Assembly: GCF_009834535.1 (NCBI RefSeq)
Contig: NC_045696.1
Location: forward strand, 106,332,001 to 106,396,000
Direction: 5' to 3'
DNA length: 64,000 nt
From: Camelus ferus
Taxonomy: Eukaryota
Positions 1 through 13,000 of this stretch are shown here, piece by piece. How positions within the stretch are numbered: the first letter of the stretch is position 1; every line of letters starts with the position of its first letter. Under the pieces are notes generated by a model that was not told the DNA's origin, searched no databases, and saw only the letters and a program-made list of their open reading frames with translations. The translations under genes and the position numbers were made by a program.

Positions 1-1129
1 CTACTCCAGAAAAACAGCTCTCAAACCAGCTTCTCGAACTCACTATTTAGTCAAGTTACAACTATCTTGCAGATACTCATTCCTTCTTAAACCAAAATAT
101 CCATCGTTTGACGTAGGGATATTAGGATTCATACTTCTGAATGTTAAAACAGCCATATTCTATTTTATAAGTAACAATCCCCTAAACATCTTACACACTA
201 TTAAAAGGGTTCTTCAAAAAAATTCGGCAATTTCTCTCTTACTTTTCTTTACATTTTAAAAATTTAGCATAGTTGTTTTCAAATTGAAGTCTATAAATTT
301 TCTAACTTCTAATTTCTTATTTTTAATCACTATATAATATTCCAGTTTACTCAAACCCCAATTACATATTTTAGATAGTTTCTAATATCTCACAATTATA
401 AACAACATTTTGCTGAACATTATTAACAACATGCATCTGGGCAGATCCTTTGAGTATGAGGACAAATTTCCAGAAAACAATTGCTTGATGTATTTATCAC
501 TACATATCCGTCCAGTATAGTGCAAACTTGCTTTTATAATGACTGAAAAAACTGACGTTCTCAGGGCACAGGTTTGAACTGTGCTGTCTTCCTACCTCAT
601 CCTCATCCATGCATCTGCAATTATAATTATAGGTATTACTTACTGGGGTACTTGCTATGTGCTGGATATTGCTCTAAATGCTTTACTTGAATTGTCTCAT
701 TTGAAACATAGGAGTTTCTGGCTTATTCATTATAAGGATAGTGGTGGAGAATGTAATGGAGGAGCTAAGGAAAAGAAAGGTCTCCTAAGAATCTGACTCA
801 TTTTTTTCTTACCTATTAATAAGCAGGTAACTAGAATAAATTAGGAAGATGAGCCCCAATTAGCCTTGGCCAAGGTTCTTTTTTTGCCTTTCTTATAAAT
901 TTTAACATCCTAATTTAAATACTGGTAATGTTTAGCAGAATAGCTGAATAGAGAGGTGGCTGCCTCCACCCCTGTACCTCACTCTTCTTCCACCTCTGTA
1001 TTCAGCCAATCCCTTCTCCTGCCTTGAGGTGACCTAATACTAACAGATTAATTTATATTCTTCAAGACAGTTTATATGTATACAAATACATAAGTATATT
1101 CTTTCCCCCTGTTTTAACACAAATGGTAG

Positions 1130-1227
1130 AATAATACTATACATATAATACTATATACAAATACTATATACATACTATAGAATACACATTATATATGAGT
1201 ATACATATGTGTGTGTGTGTGTGTGTA
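1130..1227. repeat. AT-rich low-complexity repeat followed by a short (TG)n microsatellite
   Basis: AATACTATA-type repeats, then about nine TG units at 1208-1226. Confidence 0.8.
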
Positions 1228-3439
1228 TGGCTCTAAACCTTTTATTTCCTTTATAATACAACTCAGTGATCATTCATATCAGTACATAAAGAGGTTTCTC
1301 ATTTCTTTTTTGGCCTTAATCCATTGTATGAATGTCCCATGCTTTAACTAGTACCCTACAGTCAGACACTAGATTGTTTTCAGTCTTGGAGCTATGTTTG
1401 TAAGTGATGGTGAAGCACAATGCAATTCTTTGTACATAACAGTTCCCCACCGCTTACAAGATATCGGACTTTTTTCTCCCTCACGTTCTTTGCCCAAAGA
1501 TAGCAGCAAATGTTTGTTACAAAAGAAGCTCTTCTTCCTCTCTGTGGTTGTACATAGGATTGTGTAAAACTAACTGCAAGGAAAAATCTAGTGGCTAAAC
1601 CAACTAAAGAGGAGGAACAACTGTTCCACTCTTAACAAGTCTCCTTTAGTCTCTCCAAATCGACCTGCATGAACCTGGGGTAGTGAAGCAGCGTGCACAG
1701 GGTGGGAAGCATAGAAGCCTTCATGATCTGAAACTCCAAAAGACAGGTCTTAGAAATTCGAGTAACTGCTTAAAAAGTGGCAACAATTTAGACGTTAGAT
1801 TTCCAATTAATATTATTACTAGCCTTTTATTGATCCTTAGTAAATCAGGGAGAGAATTTCAAAAATATAATTATGATTAGCTTATAACACAAATGCTTTA
1901 GTAATCTTTTTCTGTCTCCCCTTCCCAAAGTATGCAAATTTATTTAATATTGATACCAGTATATGCAAGTTTGTAAATGAGTCTTAAAATGCTGTTATTA
2001 ATTTTATTTTGGGCCTATATGTAAACTAATCAATACGAAAATAAAAGGTTTTAATAATTAAATACAGAGATCATCAGTCTGTTGTTTTTAAAAATCCATG
2101 TTGTTGGTGTATCAATAGGGAAATTAATATTGCATTTTAGGCTATTACTATCATCTCTGGGTTTAAAAACGCTCTAATGTTTCCTGAGATCTATTGTATC
2201 TCAGAACACTTAAACTGGATCATTTAATTACAGTGGCAAATGCTAATTATCAGGCTAAAGGAAAGCAGAGTTCAGGTGACTTTCTCTGATAACATCTTTG
2301 TTCTGTTAGTGGCATCTTTGTTCTGTTAGAGGGTGCCTGTAAATTCTTGTTCAGCATAAGTTGCTCTCCAGCAAAAGAACCAGTGATTTAATAGTATTCT
2401 TTCATCTATGATTTCAGCTAAAACAGCATTGAGAAGCTTCAGATGAGTAAGCCTAAAAATGTCGGGAAATTTCTGATGCGAAATTCTAAAAACTATATGG
2501 GTAACTTCAGAAATGGGATTATTCAAATGTCTGATAATTTAACACAATAATTTGACATGTAGTAGTTAAGCCTCCAGGTCCAATTTTTACTGCCTTTTGG
2601 GATTGCTGTGATCATGAATAGTAGATGCTGTGCTCTCAAGCACTCGGGTACAGATGCTATAAGATTTTTAATGAGGCACAGAGCTCTGGAGTATCCTTTT
2701 CCACCTATCTGCCAGGGCTGGCTATAAGACATCACTTAATGTTGGAAAATTCTAGACTCTTATTACTTCAACTCATTTTTAATAAATGAATTGCAATGAA
2801 ATTGTTCTTTTCTCAAAGATTTTCTTTACCCTCCTCAAAAGGTTAAGAAATTGACACCCCTGGTCCTGTGCGTTGGCTTCCACATTGTCAAAGCAATCCA
2901 GGGAGAGAAACTGCAAAGACTTTCGACAAAAATCTTAAATTCTGGATGTCTTAAATAGAGTGACAATCAGCTAGGATTTGGAAGGGGGTTTAAAGGTTTA
3001 AGATATAATCTATAGATACTTCTGAAACCAAGTGATTTAATTTATATTTGGGAAACTGTTCTAAAATAGCATAAATCTGTGATCTTCCTAGTTTAGTATG
3101 CAGTTGTTCACTTTTCATTCTTTCCTATAGTTCCCCAAACACCTCACTTTATATTTGTAATTATAAATGACAGGTATGTGATTTCAGGTCCTGAAAAATG
3201 TATAATCAGAAGATAAACAATCATTTGGTTAAAAGTTAGCAAATCATGGCTATCAAAAGAGTACACTCAATATATAAACTGTGAAGCAAAATAAGTAGCA
3301 CTGCAGAGCATTCTTCAGTTTAGGTTCAGGCACTTTTAATAACCGAAATTTCTCTTATTTCTCCTTATATGAGATCACTTAAAACAATTTCCAACAGTGT
3401 GCAACCTGAGGGTGTAGGGGAAGTCATGACCACACATGG

Positions 3440-3960
3440 CTGGTCGGAGTGTAAAACTATATAACCTCTACTAAGGCATGTGGTAAAATTACAAATGCTC
3501 ACACTCTTTGACTCAGCAATTCTGTTTTTTATAAAATGTCTTACATACAACATATTGACTACAGCACTTTTTTGAAATAAGACTGGAAACAAGCTAAATG
3601 TCTGACAACAGAAGACTGGTTAAATAAATTATTATACATCTATACAATAAAATACTGTATGCCTGTTTACAAAAAGAATGAGGAAGCTCCTTATGTACTG
3701 ATATGGAATATCTTTCAAGAGGTTAAGTGGGGGGAGGCGGGTATAGCTCAGTGGTAAAGTGCATGCCTAGCATGCACAAGGTCCTGGGTTCAATCCTCAG
3801 TACCTCCACTTAAAAAAAAAAAAAAGGTTAAGTGAAAACTGCAAGATGCAAAACAGTATGGATGGTAATGCTACCATTTGTGTCCAAAAAAGGGGGGGGG
3901 GGATATATACATTAGGTCTGCTTATATATGTATAGATTAGCTCTAGGAGGATGCACAAAG
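3440..3960 (+). mobile_element. Old L1 (L1M-type) 3' fragment, interrupted by a SINE
   Basis: Typical L1 ORF2-end sequence (GACTCAGCAATT...CTGGAAACAAGCTAAATGTC...GACTGGTTAAATAAATTA). Boundaries approximate. Confidence 0.7.
3730..3825 (+). mobile_element. tRNA-derived SINE (vic-1-like), short form, inserted into an old L1 fragment
   Basis: A-box TAGCTCAGTGG, B-box GGTTCAATCC, poly(A) tail; TSD GGTTAAGTG at 3721-3729 and 3826-3834. Confidence 0.9.
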
Positions 3961-4023
3961 GAGGTAATCTCCTGAGGGCACGTAAGATTTTATACTACAG
4001 AGAACATTCATTCTGGTTCTTAC

Positions 4024-4116
4024 TTTACAGCAGTGGGAGAAGATCTGACAGATGTACTCCTGGGTGTAGCGGGACCTGCTAAGCAGCGCCATGAGGTGCG
4101 GTATCACCGTAGCATC
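4024..4116 (-). CDS. ARMC8: ARMC8 coding exon 6 ([31 protein letters not shown]); gene continues beyond the left edge
   Basis: 93 nt, phase 0/0; acceptor TTCAG|GAT, donor AAA|GTAAGA. I did not find the next expected exon (GPDHQ...) in 1-4023. Confidence 0.96.
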
Positions 4117-4874
4117 CTGAAGTCAAAGGGAAGAAGAGCATAGCAACAAGGAACTTAGACATGGGGAGCACCTCTAATAAGTATTTTCCATGAGCTAGTA
4201 AGCCTCTTATCCTAATGACAGTAAATTAAATCTCTTCAAGGAACACAGCAACACAAAAGCAACACGGACATCAGAACTATTAGGAAAAGGACAAGGAAAG
4301 GGGTTTCAATTTTATCCTTGACAACAAAATACAAAAATATGAAATTCTCAATTTCTCTCCCATAAACAGCCTACATCCCCACAATAAAACAAAATAATTT
4401 CAGTAAGACCTGACATAAATCTATTCTGAGACCAAAATGTGACATAATTAATAAGATATATAATACATAATTTCTAAGGAAGAATTACTGTATTAAGATA
4501 AAACTTGATAATTTTGATTTGAGATGTTATGATAAGTATCAGTAACAGATTAACATTCATAATAACCATAGTTAGCTAGTTTCAGTCTTCACAAAACAAC
4601 TTATAAAATAGCAACTTCTCACTTAATAGCCCACTCTCTGCCTACTACTGACACTTAGCAACATACATGATGATACACAAGAAGAGAGAAGAATCTACCC
4701 AGCCTGCTGCAGGGCTCTCCAAAAATGTCCTTTTTCTTAGAGTACAGAAAGAATTAAACGTTGAAAGGATATCTGGCTTGAACCACAGACAGAATAGGAG
4801 ACAGCTCAAGCCCCCTGGTCAATGCTGTCACAGATCCTATAGCGATGCCTCTCAGGTATGAATGTGTATGTAAA

Positions 4875-5000
4875 TTCTCAGGGGATTTTCTTTATGTACA
4901 GCTTCTGATTCCGTAGGTTTGGAGTAGGACCTAAGATCCTGCATTCTAACTAGCTCCCAAATGATGGCTGATGCTGGTCCACAGACCACACTTTGACAAA
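4875..5000. mobile_element. MER5A-like hAT-Charlie DNA transposon fragment
   Basis: TTCTGATTCCGTAGGTTTGG...TGCATTCTAACTAGCTCCC...TGCTGGTCCACAGACCACACTTTGA resembles the MER5A consensus. Confidence 0.75.
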
Positions 5001-6189
5001 AGACAACAGAGGGCAAGGAAAGAAAGTTAAAAGAATACCACTGTTGGGATAAACAAGATTTGGGGTTTTCCTTAGAAAGAAAAGAAAGCCCAGGATACAT
5101 AAAAGCTAAGTCAGAAAACAGAAGGCTGTTGATTGCCTACAAGTAGAATCTTTTCCCCTTGCTTGTTAGTGTAACTCTGTTATCATAAGTAGTTTAAAAA
5201 CAAAATGAAAACCTCAGAAAACTTCAAAGAAAGTCAGCTACCAAATGCATAAAAGAAGAGACGAGAATGTAAAGTACACATCTATTTTACAGATGGGGAG
5301 GAGCAGGGATGACAACAGTGGTTCCACTGACAGAAGAAAGGGAAGTAGGTTGCAGCTAAGAGAGAAGAGGCAATTGAGAGGAAGATAAAAAAGCCTCTAT
5401 CAGGCTCCTAAAACTACTTTTACCTCCCTCCTTTCCTCTATTGCTCTCTCATCTCTCAGTTTTCCTGTTACAACAGCCCTTACTCCATTTCTTCACATTT
5501 GACCCTTTCTGCCAATTGTGTTATATATCTGCAGTATATATCTGCAGTTTGTGACTGATTAAATGATGCAAAGAACAGTTACAAAATTTCTCCAGTCACC
5601 TATCTGATAAACAGGATTTCAAACTAGACATCCTGCCCTCTTCAACAGGACTCCACTGTCTTTAGTTTGGTGCCTGGGTTGCTGTGGCAGCCAGCCTGTA
5701 CACAATCCAACTCACAAATGTCAGCTAACTATACTGAAATATTACGCCCTGTCATTATCCCACCCAACACTTTTCACGGATTCTCCACTGTCTCTGAGGC
5801 ATAAAGGTATTTCATAATTTAGACATTCTCCCTGTGAAAGTCACTTAAATGTCCCCGTGTCTTAATTTTTCTTATGTAAAGAAGTTAAATTGGTGTAGAT
5901 AAGAGTTCTAAAACTATGTACCATGATCCACTAGTGGGTCGTGAAATCAATTTAGAGAGAGAGGAGAAAGAAGTTACATCAGTTGGCCAGGATCAATTTC
6001 TCCCCCATTACTGGGCTGGGGGTTGGGGAGAAAGTTCTAGGGTAAACAAGACAAGTGACTGGTTTAATTTCTTTGTAAACATGACAATCAGACCTTCAGG
6101 AAAACAGATTGATATTTACTAGAAAGACAGCCTTTCTATGTAGAATGCTTTGAGGAGGATGTCCCCAATTTAGAAGTGCTTACAGTAAA

Positions 6190-6367
6190 CCAGAGTGGTC
6201 CATGGACTAGTGGCGTCTCAATTACCAGGAAACTTGTTAGAAATGCATATTCTCAGGCCCCAACCCGCAATCACTGAATCAGAAATTCTGGACGTAGGGT
6301 CCAGGGTTCTGTGCTTAAAGAGCTCTCCAGGTAATTCTAGTGCATGTGCAAATTTGAGAATCATTGT
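6190..6367. mobile_element. MER5A-like hAT-Charlie DNA transposon
   Basis: GTGGTCC...CTTGTTAGAAATGCA...CTCAGGCCCC...ACTGAATCAGAAA...TTTGAGAATCATTG. Confidence 0.8.
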
Positions 6368-7549
6368 AGTAAATAACCTATAGATTTCTGAGGTATGGCT
6401 CTCTGAAGAATGCTGCCCAAATCCCTGAGGTAAAACAGATGTTTCCTAATTTAGAACCTCCCTGCTTTGTGAGGTCACCCACAAACCTCACTTGGAGACC
6501 TTATGTAGCATTACGGGCCAGAGGAGCAAGTGTCTGGTGTCGGAAAAACTAACTATGGAGGCACGTGGCATGTCCCCTCCCTTTCCCTCCTTGCTTTGCC
6601 TGTGCCTCTTTACTGCTTATATTCTTGAAATACCTGGAAAACATGATTCTGGACAACATCTCTGATTCATATGTATCTGCTTTGACCTTCTAATTCTGTG
6701 TGTTAGTTCAAAGAATCACAACCAGCATTTTTTTTTAAATGGAAAAGGATAGACTAGAAATCAGAAGGCACCACATTTATGGAATGTTTTGTGAAGACTA
6801 TCTCAGGATATTCCCCATCCCCACACACACAATGTGACAGTGGAAACTACTTCTTACTGTGGATTGTGGATAAGAGTGTTTGAAAAATATTGGCTTGGGT
6901 CATTTTTATTAAGAAGTCCCATGTAATCACCCCCTAATAATTCTCAAAATTTTAAAAAACCATTGAATGACTCTAAAGATCTTTGGATTCTCTCACATGT
7001 ATTCTCTGATTCTAGACTGGCAGGTAAGCCTCCAACAAAGTGCTGCTCATTCACCTCTCCAGCTGAAATGAACACTGATGCCCCTGTGTTCTACTACTCT
7101 GCCCACTGCCCTGCATATCCTCTTACACAGATCTTTCCTAGAACGGCTTCCTCCCTTTCTGCTTCTTGAAATCTTAACCAGTATTCAAGACCCAGGTCAA
7201 ATTCTATCTTCTCTATAAAGCCTACTTTACTGGATTTAACCTGAAGTGAGTGCATTAAATATACTGCCTTAATTTCTAATATATTAAGAAATTAAGGTGG
7301 GTCTTTATACCCACCTCCCCCCAAAAAGAACAGCTTATAAATTCCCCAAGATCTGAGACTATTTTTTACTTCTTTACAAAGCCTAGAACATTTGATATTT
7401 GCAAATTAGCAAGAACTCAAATACTTCTTGAGACTTTTCTATAACATAACACAGTTACCACAGTTATGATGCATTTTGAGATGCTAAGTAAATTAGATGT
7501 ATGCTATTAGTAAAATGTAACTGATGATGCAAAAACATCTAAAACTCAC

Positions 7550-7647
7550 TGTATACAGTAGTTCCTCTGGAGTGACGGGACTGGTAAAGATGGTGCGCAG
7601 GCATCGGAGGCAAGCTTCAATGAACTTTAGGTCCGGGGACAGTAGTC
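7550..7647 (-). CDS. ARMC8: ARMC8 coding exon 5 ([32 protein letters not shown])
   Basis: 98 nt; acceptor AATAG|GA, donor ACA|GTGAGT; preceded by a 104-nt intron. Confidence 0.97.
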
Positions 7648-7751
7648 CTATTAACAGAAAATAGATTTGAGACTCAGGGTTTCATCCTGTATTTAAAACA
7701 CTGCAAACTGATTCTACTTCCTACTTGTATAAAAATGGCTTCCTCACATAC

Positions 7752-7894
7752 CTTGCAGTAAGGCAGGGATAATATGGCAATCTAGAAGAGACTTGACATT
7801 GTTTTCAGTACCCATAGCAAGACTTCCCAATACCACTGCACATTCAGTTTTCAACTCTGTGCTTGAGGTTTCTTGCTGAAGCAAGTACAATAAC
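7752..7894 (-). CDS. ARMC8: ARMC8 coding exon 4 ([48 protein letters not shown])
   Basis: 143 nt; acceptor TTTTAG|G, donor AAG|GTATGT; armadillo-repeat sequence. Confidence 0.97.
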
Positions 7895-8559
7895 CTAAAA
7901 AGAAAGAACTTGATAAACAGAAGACACTTAAAAACTTAACAGTAAACATTAGCTAAAAGAAAAAGGCTACCAATACATCCCCCATGCTGAAAATATGGTT
8001 GGAAAGCTTACAGAGGGCTAGGAAATGGTCATATTTTTATATCAGCTGCTAATTTAATGACAGAATATCTGAGAGGGGGGAAATCTAGAAGAGATTTTCA
8101 TCATTTTAAGCAAGAGAACTATCAGATTATCTTAGTCTGTCGGAAATATAAATCTGAAAGTTGTCTACAGGTGATCCCTGTGCAAACGGCAGCAGCACCG
8201 TCCATGTTATCTCCATGGATATGAAGACTCCCAGTGCCAAGTGCCGCTGGATCTTAAGGACTCTGAATATCCAGCACTGTAGTTCAGAGATCACAGGCGT
8301 TTAGTCTAGAGGGAACATTCAGAGTCCTCGCGTAGCTCTTCAAGCAAGAGAAGCTCTCTTCTTTCTCCAGTTCTCCCATTTGGGGAATCAGCAGATCCTC
8401 CTACTTCTACTCCAGCTGAGCCTGTCAAACAACTGCTCCCCAAACTCTAATCATCCACCACTTATGACCATCTCCCTTATGTTCTAAGTAGAACCTTCAT
8501 GCTCCCCAGAGCATATTTATATATACTGAGCACTAATCCCCTAAGAAAGGCTGCTGAGA

Positions 8560-9089
8560 CACATGTACCCCAATGTTCACAGCAGCACTATTTACAACAG
8601 CCAAGACATGGAAACAACCCAAATGTCCATCGACAGATGACTGGATAAAGAAGTTCTGGTATATTTATACAATGGAATACTTCTCAGCCATAAAAAGAAT
8701 AAAACAATGCCATTTGCAGCACATGATGGACCTGGAGATCATCATTCTAAGTGAAGTAAGCCAAAAAGAAAGAAAAATGCCATTTGATATTACTTATATG
8801 TGGAATCTAAAAGAAAAAGGACACAAATGAACTTCTCTACAAAACAGAAAGAGACTCATAGACATAGAGAACAAATGTGGTTATCAGGGGCTAAAGAGGG
8901 TGGGAAGGGATAAACAGGGAATTTGAAAATTATACCTTTGGGGAGTGATGGAAATGTTAGCTATCTTGATTGTGGTGGTGGTGTATACATCTATCAAAAT
9001 TTATCAAATTGCTTATCTGAAATATGTGCAGTTTACTGTATAGGAACCATATCACAATAAAGGCGTTAAAAAATAAGTAAAAAAAAGAA
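8560..9089 (+). mobile_element. 5'-truncated L1 insertion (ORF2 C-terminus, 3' UTR, A-tail)
   Basis: ORF 8573-8830 reads MFTAALFTTAKTWKQPKCPSTDDWIKK.WYIYTMEY (L1 ORF2 end); AATAAA and A-tail; 17-bp TSD AAGAAAG(G/A)CTGCTGAGA at 8543-8559 and 9090-9106. Confidence 0.93.
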
Positions 9090-9236
9090 AAGAAAGACTG
9101 CTGAGAGCTTTATAGTTACCAAGAATATATTTAACATCAATTATGATAACAAACAATGAAACCACTAATCCTACATTAAAAGATAAGAAAAAAAGAAGAG
9201 AGAGAAGAGAAAAAACCAAAACATTAAAAAATTCTG

Positions 9237-9434
9237 GGGGGTGTGGGGAGGGTATAGCTCAGTGGTAGAGTGAGTGCTTAGCATGCATGAGGTACTCGGG
9301 TCAATCCCCAGCACCTCTCTTTAAAACAAACAAACAAACAAAAATATATATACACACACACAATAAATATATAAAAATTAATAAATATATTAAAAGTAAA
9401 TAAACTAACAAATCCTAATTACCTCCTCTATCAA
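9237..9434 (+). mobile_element. tRNA-derived SINE (vic-1-like) with expanded A-rich middle
   Basis: tRNA-like head, CCTAATTACC tail motif; TSD AAAAAATTCTG at 9226-9236 and 9435-9445. Confidence 0.9.
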
Positions 9435-10001
9435 AAAAAATTCTGAATGAAAAACTTAACAGCAATTGCAAATAAAACTTAGCTCTGAGTAGCAAAGACA
9501 AAAGAGAACTTATAAAACTGTCATCATCTGCCAAAAGGAAGCTTATTAGTTCATCAGAAGAAATCAAAGTTTCCACGTTCAGTTAAAAAACAGCAAATTT
9601 TAAAAATTAAAAAAGAACAGCAGTATTAAAAACCAAGATTTTTTTTTTTTAAATTCAAAAAACATTTTGGGAATCCTAAGATGTTATCAACCAATCATAT
9701 AAAACCTGCCAAGGCTCTGAGGAGATACAGAAGAATCAAGCTGGTGTAGACTGTCTATCTACCCAATGATCAACCTGAACCTCTAAAAAGTATTAATACA
9801 TTTGCTTCATATTCCATTCTCTGGTACTTTAATTTTTTAAAGAGATGCTTCATATACTCCAAAACATTTATTTTAAAAATTAAGAGGCTTTTCAAAAACA
9901 GGACAGACAATACAGAAAAAAGATGAATCTTATGGTTGAGAATAAGAAATATACTTGAAACTTAGTATGAACAGCAGAAAAGGGCAAGACAGCAAACTCA
10001 C

Positions 10002-10073
10002 CTTGGAACAGCTCCTAAAACAATGAGGTTGGCTTTCTGCTTGTTGTTTCCAATTACAGCATTTTTCATGTCT
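10002..10073 (-). CDS. ARMC8: ARMC8 coding exon 3 (DMKNAVIGNNKQKANLIVLGAVP-R)
   Basis: 72 nt; acceptor TTCAG|A after a pyrimidine-rich tract; donor AAG|GTGAGT; phase 2/2. Confidence 0.97.
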
Positions 10074-13000
10074 CTGAATTAAGGGGAAGAGAAAAGGGTA
10101 AAGTACGTTGAGACACCACAGAAAAATAAAAGATCAATCATCCCACTTTCTCTTTATAAGGCAACATCTTGAATTGGCTCATACAGAAGTTAGTGACATA
10201 GTGAAAACATTGATGCTTTTCCACCTGGAGTACCAAAGAGAAGGGACAGAGACAGATGCTGAGTAAACCCGGGGCTGTAAAACAGGACAGCAATGAAGTG
10301 AGGAAAGTGGGAGATATCTTCAGTATTGGCAAAAGACTTCTAATATACAGAAAGTTGAGTTTTTCAAAAAAGGCCACCAATCCTTTGAATAAAAAGAAAT
10401 CTAGGCCACCTTCTCACTCACAGCCCTGGAAGTGGGGAGTAAAAGCACCCAGAATGTATCTGATCCTGTTCCAGGGACCATGACTTTGTTTACTTTTTTC
10501 CTCTTTTTCTGACTTCTCTGGACTGAATACTTCTTGTGATTCCATTTTATCTCCTTTATTGTCTTAGCAGTACCTCTTCGGGTTCTGTTTTGGGTTTTTT
10601 AGTGGTTGCTTTACAATTTACAATATGCATGGTTTAACTTCAAGGGATATCATGCCATTTCCTGTATATTGTAAGAGACTTGCAAGCATATACTTTCATC
10701 TCCCCATCCATTTTTGTGCTGCTGTCATACATTTTTGAATTAGTTAGAAACAACATAATATATTGTACTACTTTTGTTTAAACAGCCAATTATCTTTTAA
10801 GGAGATTTAAAAATAAAAATATTTTATATTTCCCATATATTCACCAGTATTTTTTATTCTAGCTACACTCAGATCTTCGCTTCACCAGAAGTAAAATTCT
10901 ATTCCACAATAAGAGTATCTCTACCAATGACCAACTGATTCATAAACACATGGCTGTTCCCAGAGGACAGATGGAGAAAAAATAAATAGCTCAAAATAAG
11001 CCTAGTACTAGAGAATATTTAATAAAAAGAAAAACTTATGCAAATTAGTCAGTAGTACTATCTTAATATAGAACACTAGAACACCATGGGTTTTCAAAGT
11101 GGGGAAGAAGGCATCAGAGACTCTTAGGGGCATTTCAGAAGTTTATGAGGGTGTCTAGAAATTCCTGGCCATAGTTTTACAAATAGATAGAAAGCATTTT
11201 TTACACAATTTTAAAGAAAACTGTATTTTTCAGTATTTTACCTGCCCTGTAAATAAAAGGGAAATTATGCTTTTTATTAAAAGTTATTTCATTTTGGAAA
11301 ATCAGGTCAGTGGTACTCATGGTGTTTGAGTCATCAATACCACACCTATATCAGCCCACACTTTCAGCTCTTGCATTCATACTTCATTAAGTTTGCTAGC
11401 ACAGTCACGCCTAAGTGTCTACATACTGAAACATTTATACATTATCTTCTTTAAAATTTTACCCTTTACATTATAAGCAGGGAAGGATTATATTATTTTT
11501 GGATGTTTGTGAGGTTATATTACTGTGGATTTAATTTCAGGATAGTGCAGGAGTCAGTCATTACAAAACATTTACAAGGGGAAGCCAAGTCTGAGAGCAT
11601 TAAGACCATTGTCATGGAGCCTCAAAAAGTTCTTAGCTCACCCAAATTCATTTCTTCCATATCCCAAATCTATTCCCCTAGTCACTTGACCAGCATCTCT
11701 TTTGACTTCCCCTCTTTTAGACGGCAGAGCTCTACAATACATAGGAATCATTTGCCAACCTTTAAAGTTAAAATCCTGAAAAAGTTCTCTAATTAGTAAA
11801 CCATAATCTTGTAGAAAAACAGAGTAGAAAACAGAGGTGGGAAGTTACTTAAGAAAATCAACAACTAAATATTATAGTCAGACTGTGTTTCCAATATCAA
11901 CCAAATTCACTGGCATTAAAAACCCTGGTAATAATAATTATAATATCCTTCTCTTTAATTACCTTCTTTGATTACTGCAGGAAAACACTGCTATGATGCA
12001 GTGATATGCTGAAAGCTGATTCTCCCTACAAGTTTTTGAATAGCATTTTCACAAGTCTTGAGACATACACTATACCTACTAGTCTTCTTCCATTAGCTCA
12101 GTGTTTGAGGGTGGTCTATTTTTGAGGGCTTTACCTCTTTTTCTGTAAACTGTCTCTCAGATCTTCCATATTGTTTATAGGGGTTATGCAGGAGGATTTT
12201 TTGTTTATGAGGACTAAGCTGAATGAAGCTTACCAAGGTTTTAACCAAGTTCTGATACATTATATAAAATGTGATACTGGAGCTTCATTTAGCAAAGCAT
12301 AGCTGATGGACTGTACATCGAGGGTCCTGCCTCTTGGGGATGCCTGCTGTTTTCTTAGAGACTTAGTTCCCACTTATCAGCTTATATACCCTAACCTAGC
12401 ATTTTGTCATTTACTTTCATCTTCTTCCCTTCTTTTAATGGGTCTGCCTATACTAATGCAGCACACTCATTTGTCCACTTGCTATTTACTAAGAGTCTAT
12501 TTTACGCCAGGTGCCATTCTGGAGGCTCTCTCTAGTCCGGAATTCCTGACCCTAACTTTTTCCCAGATTTCTCTCCAATCTTCCTAAACTAAGCAGAAAT
12601 GAGGTGTCCCCACATTACCTTATAAACCCATTTCAAGTATCAGAAACCATGTGAAAGTAAATATTTTTAGAGTCAAAAGCAAACAAAAACCCCTCCAACA
12701 CCAAGTTTCCAGTTCTCCTAATAGTTTGCAAAAAGGACATGAAGGAGGCAGCAAGTAGTTACAGAGTAACTGCAAGCTAAAGAGAACATAATGTCTAAAG
12801 ACAACAATTCTTGCTCTGGCTCTAACAAGTAAAATATTTCTATATTAGGTAAGGAAGAAGAGATGTTAATACCCAGCAAATGAATTCTATTCAACTATTA
12901 CTATAAAGGGTTACCAGGAGATCATTTCTATGAAAAAATTAAAACTGAGAGAGACAATAATCATCACATATACCCATTTTTAGCAGATACAAGATTAGTA

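Noticed and set aside
3730..3810. tRNA gene calls for the A/B-box sequences
   Set aside because: Poly(A) tails, TSDs and multiple diverged copies show they are SINEs.
8573..8830. 85-aa ORF as a novel gene (likewise 37387-37602, 27577-27987, 24901-25239, 49787-50068)
   Set aside because: These are translations of L1, MaLR, L2 and LTR remnants.
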